A stretch of DNA of 64,000 bases, from assembly GCA_963805625.1 (NCBI GenBank), contig CAWDVE010000010.1, positions 1,248,001 through 1,312,000 of the forward strand. Direction: 5' to 3'. The notes below the pieces were generated by a model, which was not told the DNA's origin, made no database searches, and saw only the letters and a list, made by a program, of their open reading frames with translations. The position numbers were made by a program, and so were the translations under genes. This document shows, in pieces, positions 51,360 through 61,179 of this stretch (within the stretch, counting starts at the first letter, position 1; the number at the start of each line of letters is the position of its first letter). This DNA is from an uncultured Candidatus Rokubacteria bacterium. GTDB lineage: Bacteria > Methylomirabilota > Methylomirabilia > Rokubacteriales > DASRDR01.

Positions 51360-52142
51360 GTGGCGATTCTCGACCGCTTCCGCCTCGACGGGAAGCGCTG
51401 CTTCGTCACCGGTGGCAGCCGGGGGCTGGGGCGCGAGATGGCGCTGGCCATCGCCGAGGCAGGCGCCGACCTCATCCTGGTCGGCCGCGATCGCCCGGCC
51501 CTTGAGGCGACTGGCGCCGACGTCGAGCGGCGTGGTCGCGCCGCCGTCCTGATCCAGGCCGACGTCAGCCAGCCGCTCGAGGCGGAGCGCGCGTGCCGGA
51601 CGGCTCTCGAGCGCCATGGCCCAGTCCACATCCTCGTCAACAACGTCGGCGGCCGCCGGATCGACGTGCCCACCGAGAGCCTCGAACTCGCGCAATGGCA
51701 GGAGATCGTCGACCTCAACCTCACCAGCACGTTCATCTGCACGAAACTGATCGGCGGTGCCATGGTCCGGCGTGGTCAGGGGGGCCGGATCATCAACATG
51801 GCCTCGGTCTCGGGGCTGGTCGCAACGCGCGGCATCGCCGGACGCAGCTACGAGACCAGCAAGGGCGCCGTGATCCAGTTCACACGAGCGGTGGCTGCCG
51901 ACTGGGCGCCCCATCGCGTCACGGTCAACGCCATCGCGCCCGGCACCTTCCTCACCGAGCCGAACCTTCGCTGGAGCCGGCTCAATCCCGCCATGATGGA
52001 GACGTTCAAGGCACAGATCCCAATGGGCGAGTTCGGCCGGCCCGAGGACCTGGGGCCCCTCGCCGTCTATCTGGCGAGCGACGCCTCCCGCTACATGACG
52101 GGCGCGGTCCTCGTCATCGATGGAGGCTACACCGTCTGGTAG
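51360..52142 (+). CDS. Classical SDR oxidoreductase (gluconate 5-dehydrogenase-like)
   Basis: TGGSRGLG, NNVG, S..YETSK, IDGGY. Confidence 0.9.
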   Translation: MAILDRFRLDGKRCFVTGGSRGLGREMALAIAEAGADLILVGRDRPALEATGADVERRGRAAVLIQADVSQPLEAERACRTALERHGPVHILVNNVGGRRIDVPTESLELAQWQEIVDLNLTSTFICTKLIGGAMVRRGQGGRIINMASVSGLVATRGIAGRSYETSKGAVIQFTRAVAADWAPHRVTVNAIAPGTFLTEPNLRWSRLNPAMMETFKAQIPMGEFGRPEDLGPLAVYLASDASRYMTGAVLVIDGGYTVW

Positions 52143-52238
52143 CCGTGCCCGGCTGAACGGGACGCCTCTCCCCCATCCGGCTCGTTCGATCTCGCCGCTC
52201 CGCGCCTGATGCTCCCCGAGGTGACGTCGAGGGGAGTC

Positions 52239-52305
52239 TTGACGACAGCCGTACGGGTCCCATAGTAGGACCCTACGCCGTGGACTTGCTGGCACAGTTC
52301 CGGCT
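52239..52305 (+). promoter_or_regulatory. Promoter region with an operator-like palindrome upstream of the aminotransferase-liv operon
   Basis: TTGACG (52239) and CATAGT (52261). GGGTCC-N7-GGACCC surrounds the -10. A TGGCAC..GG-N10-GC sigma54-like element lies at 52290-52305. Confidence 0.45.
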
Positions 52306-52354
52306 TTCGGGCTGAAATGGCGTCGGCTCGGAACCGCTATGGAGGAGATGACGT

Positions 52355-53671
52355 ATGGGCGAGACCATCGCAGAGCGATACCGGAGGACCCTGCCCGGCT
52401 CTTGGGCGCAGTGGGAGCGGGCGTGCCGCATCATTCCGGGCGGGATCACGCATGACAGCCGCCACCTGGTGCCGTTTCCCCTGTACGTGGCTCGGGCGTC
52501 CGGGCCCAGGAAGTGGGACGTCGACGGGCGGGAGTACATTGATTACTGGATGGGCCACGGTGCCTTGTTCCTCGGGCACGCCCACCCCGCCATGGTCGAG
52601 GCCGTCCAGCGACAGGTGAGCCAGGGAACTCACTACGGCGCCTGCCACAAGCTGGAGGTCGAGTGGGCTGACTGGATCACCCGGCTGGTCCCCTCTGCCG
52701 AGATGGTTCGGTTCACGATGTCCGGGACGGAGGCGACGCATCTGGCCATCCGGCTGGCGCGCGCCGCGACCGGCCGCCCGAAGCTCGTGAAGTTCACCGG
52801 CCACTTCCACGGCTGGGCCGACGGCGTGGCGACGGGAGTGAACCCGCCGTTCGAGATTCCGATGTCGGCCGGCATCCCGGCCTCGGTGCTTGGGGAGGTG
52901 CTGCTGTCGCCGCCGAACGACATCGCCGCGTTGGAGCGCCTGGTAAAGAGCCGGAACGACATCGGCACGGTCATCCTGGAGCCGAGCGGCGCCCAGGCGG
53001 GGACGGATCCCATCGACCCGGGCTTCCTCAAGGATCTCCGCCAGCTCACCTCGGATCGCGGTCTGATCCTGATTTTCGACGAGGTCATCACGGGTTTCCG
53101 CTACGCGCCGGGCGGCGCCCAGGAGTACTACGGGATCACGCCCGACATGACGACGCTGGCGAAGATCGTGGCCGGGGGCCTGCCCGGCGCGGCGGTCTGC
53201 GGCAAGCGGGAGCTCCTGAGCCAGATGGCCTTCGGGCCGGACGCACAGCGAAACCGCCAGGGGCGCGTCGCGCAGAACGGCACGTACAACTCGAATCCGC
53301 TCACGGCGACCGCCGGCATTGCCATGCTGTCCCAGATTGCCGACGGGAAGCACCACGAGACGGCCAACGCCCGGGGCGCCGACCTTCGTTCGGCACTCAA
53401 CGACGTGTTCCGGAAAGCGGGCGCGCCGTGCGTCGCGTACGGGGAGGTCTCCGTCTGCCACATCGGGCTCGAGGGACCGCCCGAGGCCGGGAAAAAGCGC
53501 GACGCGAGCCTGGTCCACAAGTGGCGCTGTGCCCTGATTCTCCACGGGGTCGACATGTCGGCCAATCACGGGTGGGTCTCCGCCGTGCACGGCGACCGAG
53601 AGATCGAGGAGACAGCGGAGGCCGTTCGGAAGGCGGTAGGCGACCTGCAGGCGGAGCGCGCGTTGCCCTAG
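52355..53671 (+). CDS. Class III aminotransferase, glutamate-1-semialdehyde aminomutase-like
   Basis: IIPGG, WDVDGREYIDY, SGTEAT, FDEVITGFR, TTLAKIVAGG, GTYNSNP. Confidence 0.9.
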   Translation: MGETIAERYRRTLPGSWAQWERACRIIPGGITHDSRHLVPFPLYVARASGPRKWDVDGREYIDYWMGHGALFLGHAHPAMVEAVQRQVSQGTHYGACHKLEVEWADWITRLVPSAEMVRFTMSGTEATHLAIRLARAATGRPKLVKFTGHFHGWADGVATGVNPPFEIPMSAGIPASVLGEVLLSPPNDIAALERLVKSRNDIGTVILEPSGAQAGTDPIDPGFLKDLRQLTSDRGLILIFDEVITGFRYAPGGAQEYYGITPDMTTLAKIVAGGLPGAAVCGKRELLSQMAFGPDAQRNRQGRVAQNGTYNSNPLTATAGIAMLSQIADGKHHETANARGADLRSALNDVFRKAGAPCVAYGEVSVCHIGLEGPPEAGKKRDASLVHKWRCALILHGVDMSANHGWVSAVHGDREIEETAEAVRKAVGDLQAERALP

Positions 53672-53733
53672 CCCCGGGCGCGGCTCCCGGTGAACCGACC
53701 AGATCATCCACGAACTGAACTGAGGAGGGACTC

Positions 53734-54882
53734 ATGCAAATGCACGGAAGAATCGTCGCAGGTGTGGGCGTCGCCCTGGCGGTTGCGGCGCTCGTCGGCG
53801 GGCCCCCGGCGGAGGCCCAGCAGACCATCAAGATCGCGGCCGGCGTGCCCCTGACGGGACCGCTCGCGAAGCAGGGCCAGGAGGTCGCCAACGCCGTCAA
53901 GCTGGCCGTCGAGGAGTGGAACGCCAAGGGCGGGGTCCTCGGCAAGAAGATCGAGGTCATGGACGCCGACGACCAGGGGAACCCTCAGGTCGGCGTGGCG
54001 GCCGCGGAGAAGGTCGCCGCGGACCCGGCGGTCATGGGCGCCGTATGGGGCATCACGAGCGTGACCTGCATCCCGGTCTCCGAGGTCCTGGATCGGGTCG
54101 CGATCCCGCTGATCAGCCCGGGCTGCACGAACCCGAAGGTGACGGACCGCGGTCTCAAGAACACCAACCGAGTGTGCGCGCGTGACGACGCCCAGGGCCC
54201 GGCCGGCGCCATCTTCGCCGTCGAGGAGCTCAAGGCGAAGAAGATCGCGATCTTCGACGACGGGACGACGGGCCCGAAGGGGGTTGCCGACGAGGCCGAG
54301 AAGAAGGCGAAGGCGCTCGGGGCCACCGCCCTCCGCTACGTGGTCCGGGCGGGGGACAAGGACTTCCGGGCGGTCCTGGGCACACTGCCGAAGGACACGG
54401 ACGTGATCTACGCGGGCCTGTGGGCGCCCGAGGCGGCTCTCATCGCCAAGCAGCTGGCGGATGTCGGGCTGAGCAAGGTCCGGATGATCGGTCCGGACGG
54501 TCAGTTCGAGCCGGTGGACTACATCCAGGCCGCCGGCGGCGCCGCCGAGGGGAACTACGTGACCTTCCTGGCGCCGGACCTCAAGAAGATTCCTGCGGCG
54601 GCAGCCTTCGTGAAGTCGTTCGAGGCCAAGTACGGGCCGGTCAGCTCCTACGGCCCGCTCGCCTACGAGGGGGCGAACATCCTGCTGGAGGCGATCAAGA
54701 AGGTCGGGAAGCCCGACCGCGCGGCGATCCGCGACGCGGTCCGCGCCACCAAGAACTACCAGGGCATCCTGGGCCTCCCGCTGTCGTTCGACGACAAGGG
54801 CGACGTCGCGGGCGGCGTCATCTTCGTGTACCAGGTGAAGGGGACCGGCTTCGAGCAGGTCAAGACGCTGGTCGTGAAGTAG
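53734..54882 (+). CDS. livK: Branched-chain amino acid ABC transporter substrate-binding protein
   Basis: Signal peptide, PLTGPLA, GGVLGKKIE, DDQG, RDDAQG. Confidence 0.9.
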   Translation: MQMHGRIVAGVGVALAVAALVGGPPAEAQQTIKIAAGVPLTGPLAKQGQEVANAVKLAVEEWNAKGGVLGKKIEVMDADDQGNPQVGVAAAEKVAADPAVMGAVWGITSVTCIPVSEVLDRVAIPLISPGCTNPKVTDRGLKNTNRVCARDDAQGPAGAIFAVEELKAKKIAIFDDGTTGPKGVADEAEKKAKALGATALRYVVRAGDKDFRAVLGTLPKDTDVIYAGLWAPEAALIAKQLADVGLSKVRMIGPDGQFEPVDYIQAAGGAAEGNYVTFLAPDLKKIPAAAAFVKSFEAKYGPVSSYGPLAYEGANILLEAIKKVGKPDRAAIRDAVRATKNYQGILGLPLSFDDKGDVAGGVIFVYQVKGTGFEQVKTLVVK

Positions 54883-54915
54883 GACCGGTCGGCGCAAGCG
54901 ACCAACCGGCCGCCG

Positions 54916-55707
54916 ATGGCCCTCCTCGAGACCCAGGGTCTCAGCAAGGCCTTCGGCGGCCTCCGTGCCGTGCACGAGCTCGATCTCCGGGTCGAGCTCG
55001 GGGAGATCGTCGGCATGATCGGGCCGAACGGCTCGGGCAAGACGACGGTCTTCAACCTGCTCACGGGGATCTATCGCAGCACGGCCGGTCGCATGACCTT
55101 CCTCACGCGGGACGGGGGTCCGGCGGACCTCGCCGGGCTCCCGTCCCACACCATCACCTCTCTCGGAGTCGCCCGCACCTTCCAGAACCAGCGACTATTC
55201 AACCAGATGACCGTCCTCGAGAACGTCCTCGTCGGCATGCACTGCCGTACGCGAGCGGGGATTGCCGGCGTGCTCCTCGGCGCCCCCAGGGTGAGGGACG
55301 AGGTCCACCGATCGCGCGAGCGGGCGGAGGCGCTCCTCGGGCTTTTCGGCGAGCGGCTTCGCCCCCGGGCGGCGGAGCCGGCGTGGACCCTCTCGTACGC
55401 GAACCGCCGCCGGCTCGAGATCGCCCGGGCGCTCGCGACCGAGCCGCGTCTGCTGCTCCTCGACGAACCGGCGGCGGGCATGAACCCGACCGAGACGCGA
55501 GAGCTCATGCGCGACATCGCCCGGATCCGTGACCAGGGGGTGACGATCCTCCTGATCGAGCACGACATGGGTCTCGTTCGGGGCGTTTGCGAGCGTGTGA
55601 TCGCGCTCGACCACGGGACGAAGATCGCCGAGGGGACATTCGAATCAGTGCGGGACACGCCCGCGGTGCTCGAGGCGTATCTCGGCCGTCGAGGGGGACG
55701 TGCTTAA
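54916..55707 (+). CDS. livG: Liv-type ABC ATP-binding protein
   Basis: GPNGSGKTT, RTFQN, LLLDEPAAG, IEHDM. Confidence 0.92.
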   Translation: MALLETQGLSKAFGGLRAVHELDLRVELGEIVGMIGPNGSGKTTVFNLLTGIYRSTAGRMTFLTRDGGPADLAGLPSHTITSLGVARTFQNQRLFNQMTVLENVLVGMHCRTRAGIAGVLLGAPRVRDEVHRSRERAEALLGLFGERLRPRAAEPAWTLSYANRRRLEIARALATEPRLLLLDEPAAGMNPTETRELMRDIARIRDQGVTILLIEHDMGLVRGVCERVIALDHGTKIAEGTFESVRDTPAVLEAYLGRRGGRA

Positions 55708-56449
55708 GCTCGCCGACGTCGTGACGTACTACGGCCCCATCCAGATCCTCAAGTCCCTCGACCTCGAGGTGCGGGCCGGCGAGATCGTCTGTCTCCTCGG
55801 GGGCAACGCCTCCGGGAAGTCGACCACGATGAAGACGATCCTGGGAATCGTCCGGCCCCGGCAGGGTAGCGTCGAGTTCGAAGGTCAGCGGATCGACGGC
55901 CTGCCGACCGAGGCAATCGTGAGCCGGGGCATCTCCCTGGTGCCGGAAGCGCGGCGGATCTTCGGCCGCATGACCGTTTGGGAGAACCTCACCATGGGGG
56001 CCTACACGCGGCGGCGAGAGCCGCCGGCAGAACTGGAGCAAGACCTCGACCGCGTCTACGGCCTGTTCCCTCGGCTCCGGGAGCGTACCGGCCAGCAGGG
56101 GGGCACGCTGTCCGGCGGCGAGCAGCAGATGCTGGCGATGGGTCGAGCGCTCATGGCGCGGCCCCGGCTCCTGCTGATGGACGAGCCGTCGATGGGCCTG
56201 GCCCCCGCGCTCGTCGACCAGGTGTTCGACATCATCCAGACCATCAACCAGCAGGGCACCACGATTCTCGTCGTCGAGCAGAACGCGACGGTCGCCCTCG
56301 GGATCGCCCATCGCGGATACGTCCTCCAGAATGGCCGGATCGTCGTCACGGACACCGCCGAGGCGCTCCTCCGGGCGGATCACATCCGGCGCGCATATCT
56401 CGGCGAAGGTGGCGACGGGGGTGACCCCGGGGAGGCCGCGTCGGGATGA
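55700..56449 (+). CDS. livF: Liv-type ABC ATP-binding protein
   Basis: GGNASGKST, LSGGEQQM, DEPSMGLAP, VEQN. Confidence 0.92.
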   Translation: MLKLADVVTYYGPIQILKSLDLEVRAGEIVCLLGGNASGKSTTMKTILGIVRPRQGSVEFEGQRIDGLPTEAIVSRGISLVPEARRIFGRMTVWENLTMGAYTRRREPPAELEQDLDRVYGLFPRLRERTGQQGGTLSGGEQQMLAMGRALMARPRLLLMDEPSMGLAPALVDQVFDIIQTINQQGTTILVVEQNATVALGIAHRGYVLQNGRIVVTDTAEALLRADHIRRAYLGEGGDGGDPGEAASG

Positions 56450-56526
56450 GCGCTCAGGACGCCACCCGCCCCAAGTGGCCAAGGGCCCTCCGACCGTCCG
56501 GGACCCGGAGGGACGCGACCTCATGA
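56446..56526 (+). CDS. 26-aa mini-ORF bridging livF and livH
   Basis: ATG overlaps the livF TGA (ATGA 56446-56449). Its own TGA overlaps the livH ATG (ATGA 56523-56526). Confidence 0.35.
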   Translation: MSAQDATRPKWPRALRPSGTRRDATS

Positions 56527-57464
56527 GCGACATTCTCCACATCCTGCCGCAGCAGATCGTCTTCGGCCTCGCCCTGGGCTCGGTCTACGGACTCATCGCC
56601 CTCGGCTACACGATGGTCTACGGCATCCTCTTCATGATCAATTTCGCCCACGGCGAAGTGTTCACGCTCGGCGCGTACCTCGGGTGGTGGGTACTGGCCC
56701 TGCTCCTCAAGGAGAAGATCGGCGGGCTGCATCCGGCCTGGGTCGTCCCGCTGATGCTCGGCATCGCCATGGCGGGATCGGGGCTGGTCGGCACCGCCCT
56801 CGAGCGCTTCGCCTACCGACCGCTGTACACCCGCGGGGCGACACGGCTCGGCCCGCTGATCAGCGCGGTCGGCGCGTCGATCTTCCTTCAGAACGCCATC
56901 ATGCTGACGCAGGGCGCCCGCATGAAGGTCTTCATGACCGGACTCCTGTTTCCCCGGACGTGGACGTTCGATCTCGGAGGCGTGAGCGTCTCGGTGCTGG
57001 TACTCGTCATGACGGGGAGCGCCCTCCTAATGATGTGGGGTCTCAACATGCTGGTACAGCGGACGACGCTCGGTCGGTCGATCCGGGCGGTCGCCGAGGA
57101 CCGGGAGATGGCCGCCGTGATGGGCGTGAACGTCCGGCGCGTCATCGCGGTCACGTTCTTCCTCGGCTCCGCGCTCGGCGGCGCGGCCGGCGTGCTCGTC
57201 GGCCTCTACTACACGCAGATCGACTTCTTCATGGGGTACTCGGCCGGCCTGAAGGCGTTCACCGCGGCCGTGCTCGGCGGCATCGGCAACATCCGGGGGG
57301 CGATGCTGGGTGGGCTGATCCTGGGTCTCGTCGAGAGCCTCGCCGTGACCTTCCTGAACCCAGCCTACAAGGATGTGGTGGCGTTCGCCGTCCTGATCCT
57401 GACGCTGGTCGTCCGACCGGCCGGGCTTCTCGGGGAATCCGTCCCGGAGTCGGAGAAGGTGTGA
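56523..57464 (+). CDS. livH: Liv-type ABC permease
   Basis: GSVYGLIALGYTMVYG..INFAHG, GLKAFTAAVLGGIGN. Confidence 0.92.
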   Translation: MSDILHILPQQIVFGLALGSVYGLIALGYTMVYGILFMINFAHGEVFTLGAYLGWWVLALLLKEKIGGLHPAWVVPLMLGIAMAGSGLVGTALERFAYRPLYTRGATRLGPLISAVGASIFLQNAIMLTQGARMKVFMTGLLFPRTWTFDLGGVSVSVLVLVMTGSALLMMWGLNMLVQRTTLGRSIRAVAEDREMAAVMGVNVRRVIAVTFFLGSALGGAAGVLVGLYYTQIDFFMGYSAGLKAFTAAVLGGIGNIRGAMLGGLILGLVESLAVTFLNPAYKDVVAFAVLILTLVVRPAGLLGESVPESEKV

Positions 57465-57571
57465 GGCCGCGAACCGCCGCCGGTGGCCGGCAGTCGAAGG
57501 TCGCCGCGTCGAAAGCGCCGGGCCGGGGTGATCCGACGAGCCCGGGCGCGGGAGCGAGGGCATCTCGGTGA
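57461..57571 (+). CDS. 36-aa mini-ORF bridging livH and livM
   Basis: GTG overlaps the livH TGA (GTGA 57461-57464). Its own TGA overlaps the livM GTG (GTGA 57568-57571). Confidence 0.35.
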   Translation: MRPRTAAGGRQSKVAASKAPGRGDPTSPGAGARASR

Positions 57572-58572
57572 GCGGCGGGGCAGACCCTGGCCGTTGGCGC
57601 TGGCTCGCCGTCGCGCTCGTGGCGGGAGCCATCGTGTTTCCCCTCGTGGCGCCGAACGACTACTGGATCGGCGTGGCGACGCGCATCGGTCTCTATGCCA
57701 CCCTCGCCCTCGGCCTCAACGTCGTGGTGGGCTTCGCCGGCCTTCTGGACCTCGGTTACGTCGCCTTCTTCGGCATCGGGTCCTACATCTACGCGTTTCT
57801 CGCCTCGCCTCACTTCGGCCTCCACTTGCCGACTCTCGCGGTGCTCCCGATCGTGCTGGTCGTGACGGCGCTCGCCGGCATCCTGATCGGGGCCCCGACG
57901 CTGCGACTCCGTGGCGACTACCTGGCGATCGTGACGCTCGGGTTCGGCGAGATCACCTACCTGCTGCTGATCAATCTGGACCGGCCGATCAACATCACCG
58001 GTGGGCCGAGCGGCATCGTGACCATCGATCCGCCTCATTTCCTCGGGTGGACGGCGACGCGAAACGGCCAGTACTACTACCTGTTCCTCGCCGCCGCCGC
58101 ACTGGCCCTCTTCGTCTCGGCGCGGCTTCGCCACTCGCGAATCGGCTGGGCCTGGCAGGCGATCCGCGAGGACGAGCTGGCTGCGCGTGTGATGGGCATC
58201 AACACGACGGTGGCCAAGCTGCAGGCGTTCGCCATCGGCGCCGCGCTCGCCGGCCTCGCGGGAGCGCTCCTCGCCTCATGGCAGCGTTCGGTGTTCCCGG
58301 ACAACTTCCTGTTCACCGAGTCGATCAACGTCCTCGCCATGGTCATCATCGGCGGAAGCGGCAGCCTCGGCGGCGTCCTTCTCGGCGCCACGCTGATCGT
58401 TGCCCTGCCCGAGGTGTTCCGTGATTTCCAGCTGTATCGCATGCTCGTCTTCGGGCTCGCCCTGATGGTGCTGATGGTCTTTCGGCCGGAAGGGCTGCTC
58501 GTCCGGCGACGGCGCGCCGTCCAGGATGCGCCGGGAGCCGCTCCCCAGATCCAGGCGTCGTCCGCCCGCTGA
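57568..58572 (+). CDS. livM: Liv-type ABC permease
   Basis: GLNVVVGFAGLLDLGY, LRLRGDYLAIVTLGFGEI, AIREDE. Confidence 0.92.
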   Translation: MSGGADPGRWRWLAVALVAGAIVFPLVAPNDYWIGVATRIGLYATLALGLNVVVGFAGLLDLGYVAFFGIGSYIYAFLASPHFGLHLPTLAVLPIVLVVTALAGILIGAPTLRLRGDYLAIVTLGFGEITYLLLINLDRPINITGGPSGIVTIDPPHFLGWTATRNGQYYYLFLAAAALALFVSARLRHSRIGWAWQAIREDELAARVMGINTTVAKLQAFAIGAALAGLAGALLASWQRSVFPDNFLFTESINVLAMVIIGGSGSLGGVLLGATLIVALPEVFRDFQLYRMLVFGLALMVLMVFRPEGLLVRRRRAVQDAPGAAPQIQASSAR

Positions 58573-58649
58573 GCCGAGCTCGGAACGGCAGGCGCGCCAT
58601 CGGAGGGGTCGCGGCCACCCGGCTCCGGGAACGTCCACGAACTGACGAA

Positions 58650-58679
58650 TTGACGCTCGTCGTCCCGGGATGGTAGGGT
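58650..58679 (+). promoter_or_regulatory. Sigma70-like promoter for the second liv operon
   Basis: TTGACG-18 nt-TAGGGT with TG just upstream of the -10. Confidence 0.45.
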
Positions 58680-58739
58680 CTCGACGCACCCATTTCCGGC
58701 CACCGTTCCGCATGCAAGAGACGCCTGACAGCGCGTGTC

Positions 58740-59588
58740 ATGGCCTTGATTGACTCGGTGACCGGCGGGAGGCCGGGGCACCCCGCCCGTACCCTGCCCC
58801 GCGACGCCGCTCCCGTCCTCGCCGTCCGCGATGTCACGGTGCGCTTCGGGGGGATCGTCGCCCTCGACGGGGTGTCGTTCGAGGTGGCGGCCCACGAGAT
58901 CGTTGGGCTCATCGGGCCCAACGGCGCTGGCAAGACTACTCTCTTCAACTGCCTGTCCCGTCTCTACAACCCCGCGGGGGGCACCCTCGCCTTCGAGGGC
59001 CGCCCGCTCGACCAGACCGCGCCCCACCGCATCGCGGCGCTGGGGATCAGCCGGACCTTCCAGAACCTGGCGCTCTTCCCCAGTCTCTCCGTCTTGCAGA
59101 ACGTCATGATCGGCATGCACTGCCGCACGCGAGCGGACTTTGTCGCGAGCGCGCTCCGACTCCCCCGCGTCCGGGCGGAGGAAGCACGGATCGCGGAACG
59201 GGCGCAGGAGCTGGTGGCGTTCTTCGGACTCCAGGCCGTGGCGACCCACCCCGCCGCCGGCCTACCCTTCGGCACTCTCAAGCGCGTCGAGCTGGCCCGG
59301 GCGCTCGCCGCCCAGCCCCGGCTGCTCCTGCTCGACGAGCCGGCCGCGGGCCTGAATCACGAGGAAGTGGAGGCCCTGGCCCGGCTCATCACCGCGATCC
59401 GGAAGGAGCGCAGCGTGACCATTCTCCTCGTCGAGCATCACATGGGGCTGGTGATGCAGGTGTCCGACCGCGTCGTGGTGCTCGACTTCGGCCGGAAGAT
59501 CGCCGAGGGCACACCCGCCGAGGTCCAGCAGCATCCCGATGTCATCCGCGCGTACCTCGGCGTCGGTCCCGCCGATACCGCCGGCTGA
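58740..59588 (+). CDS. livG: Liv-type ABC ATP-binding protein (second operon)
   Basis: GPNGAGKTT, RTFQNL, DEPAAG, VEHHM. Confidence 0.92.
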   Translation: MALIDSVTGGRPGHPARTLPRDAAPVLAVRDVTVRFGGIVALDGVSFEVAAHEIVGLIGPNGAGKTTLFNCLSRLYNPAGGTLAFEGRPLDQTAPHRIAALGISRTFQNLALFPSLSVLQNVMIGMHCRTRADFVASALRLPRVRAEEARIAERAQELVAFFGLQAVATHPAAGLPFGTLKRVELARALAAQPRLLLLDEPAAGLNHEEVEALARLITAIRKERSVTILLVEHHMGLVMQVSDRVVVLDFGRKIAEGTPAEVQQHPDVIRAYLGVGPADTAG

Positions 59589-60301
59589 TGACGGCCATTC
59601 TCGAAGTCGAGGATCTGCACGTCGCGTACGGCGAGACGCGCGTGCTCCACGGCATCGGTTTCACCGTCGAGACGCGCGGCATCACCACTATCCTCGGCGC
59701 GAACGGCGCCGGGAAGACGACGACCCTTCGGGCCGTGTGCGGGATGGTGCCGCCGCGAGGGCGCGTGCAGCTCGACGGCCAGCGCATCGATGGCAAGGCT
59801 AGCGAGGACATCGCCCGCCTCGGCATCGCGCACGTCCCGGAAGGCCGCGGGACGTTCGTGGGGTTCACCGTCGAGGAGAACCTCCGGCTGGGGGCCTACG
59901 TGCGGCGCGACCGGACGGCGGTCAGCCAGGACATGGAGCGCGTCTACGGCTACTTCCCGGTCCTCGGGCAGCGCCGGCGCCAGGCCGCGGGCACGCTGTC
60001 GGGAGGCGAGCAGCAGATGCTCGCCCTCGGCCGGGCGCTGATGCTCCGTCCGCGCCTGCTCCTTCTCGACGAGCCGTCGCTCGGCCTCGCTCCCCGCGTC
60101 GTCCAGGAGTTCTTCCGGATCGTCCGCGCCATCAACCAGCGGGAAGGCGTCAGCGTGCTCCTCGTGGAGCAGAACGCGGCCCTCGCCCTCGGCCTCGCCG
60201 ACCGGGCCTATCTCCTGGAGACCGGACGCGTCGTCCTCGCCGGGCCGGCCAGCGAGATCCAGAAGGACGACGCCGTCCGCCGAGCCTACCTTGGGTATTG
60301 A
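59588..60301 (+). CDS. livF: Liv-type ABC ATP-binding protein (second operon)
   Basis: GANGAGKTT, LSGGEQQM, DEPSLGLAP. Confidence 0.92.
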   Translation: MTAILEVEDLHVAYGETRVLHGIGFTVETRGITTILGANGAGKTTTLRAVCGMVPPRGRVQLDGQRIDGKASEDIARLGIAHVPEGRGTFVGFTVEENLRLGAYVRRDRTAVSQDMERVYGYFPVLGQRRRQAAGTLSGGEQQMLALGRALMLRPRLLLLDEPSLGLAPRVVQEFFRIVRAINQREGVSVLLVEQNAALALGLADRAYLLETGRVVLAGPASEIQKDDAVRRAYLGY

Positions 60302-61178
60302 GACACTGCTCCAGCAGGTCGTGTCCGGGCTCGCCACCGGGGGCATCTACGCGAGCCTGGCGCTGGCTCTCGTGATGATCTACCAGGCGACCGAGATCGT
60401 GAACTTCGCGCAGGGCGAGATGGCCATGTTCACAACCTACCTCGCGTGGTCGATGCTGAACGCCGGGGCCCCGTACTGGCTCGCGTTTCTCGCCACGGTC
60501 GCCCTTGCCTTCATGGGCGGCCTCCTCATCGAGCGCATCGTCATCCGCCCGGTCGAGGGGAAGCCGATCCTCACGCTGGTCATCGTGTGCATCGGCCTCC
60601 TGGTGATCCTCAACAGCCTCGCGGGGTGGATGTTCTCCTACGTCATCCAGCCCTTCCCGAGCCCGTTCCCCCGGACACCGCTTCGCATCGGCAAGATCGT
60701 GTTCGGTCAGCACGACCTCGGCGTGATCGCGGTGACCCTCGTCCTGCTCTGCCTCCTCTACGTCTTCTTCCGCTACACGACGCTCGGGCTCGCGATGCGC
60801 GCGGCCGCCCAGAACCCCGTGTCGAGCCAGCTCTGCGGCATCCGCGTCGGCTGGATGCTCGGGCTCGGCTGGGGACTGGCCGCCCTGGTGGGATCCGTGG
60901 CGGGCATGCTCGTTGCGCCCGTAATTTTCCTCGAGCCCAATATGATGGGCGGCATCCTCATCTACGCCTTCGCCGGCGCGACACTCGGCGGGATCACGAG
61001 CCCCGTCGGCGCCGTGGTCGGAGGCTTCCTCGTCGGGGTCATCGAGAACCTGGCCGGGACGTACATCCCGTTCATCGGCACCGAGCTGAAGCTCACCGTC
61101 GCGCTCCTGATCATCGTGGGCTGCCTGCTCATTCGCCCGAGCGGCCTCTTCGGCCACACCATCGTCCGGCGGGTCTGA
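60291..61178 (+). CDS. livH: Liv-type ABC permease (second operon)
   Basis: GLATGGIYASLAL..NFAQG, GLAMRA, GGITSP.GA. TTG start overlaps the livF 3' end. Confidence 0.9.
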   Translation: MGIETLLQQVVSGLATGGIYASLALALVMIYQATEIVNFAQGEMAMFTTYLAWSMLNAGAPYWLAFLATVALAFMGGLLIERIVIRPVEGKPILTLVIVCIGLLVILNSLAGWMFSYVIQPFPSPFPRTPLRIGKIVFGQHDLGVIAVTLVLLCLLYVFFRYTTLGLAMRAAAQNPVSSQLCGIRVGWMLGLGWGLAALVGSVAGMLVAPVIFLEPNMMGGILIYAFAGATLGGITSPVGAVVGGFLVGVIENLAGTYIPFIGTELKLTVALLIIVGCLLIRPSGLFGHTIVRRV

Positions 61179-61179
61179 G

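Noticed and set aside
52355-53671. Bona fide hemL
   Set aside because: Lacks the GGVNSPVR motif and has no heme-pathway neighbours.
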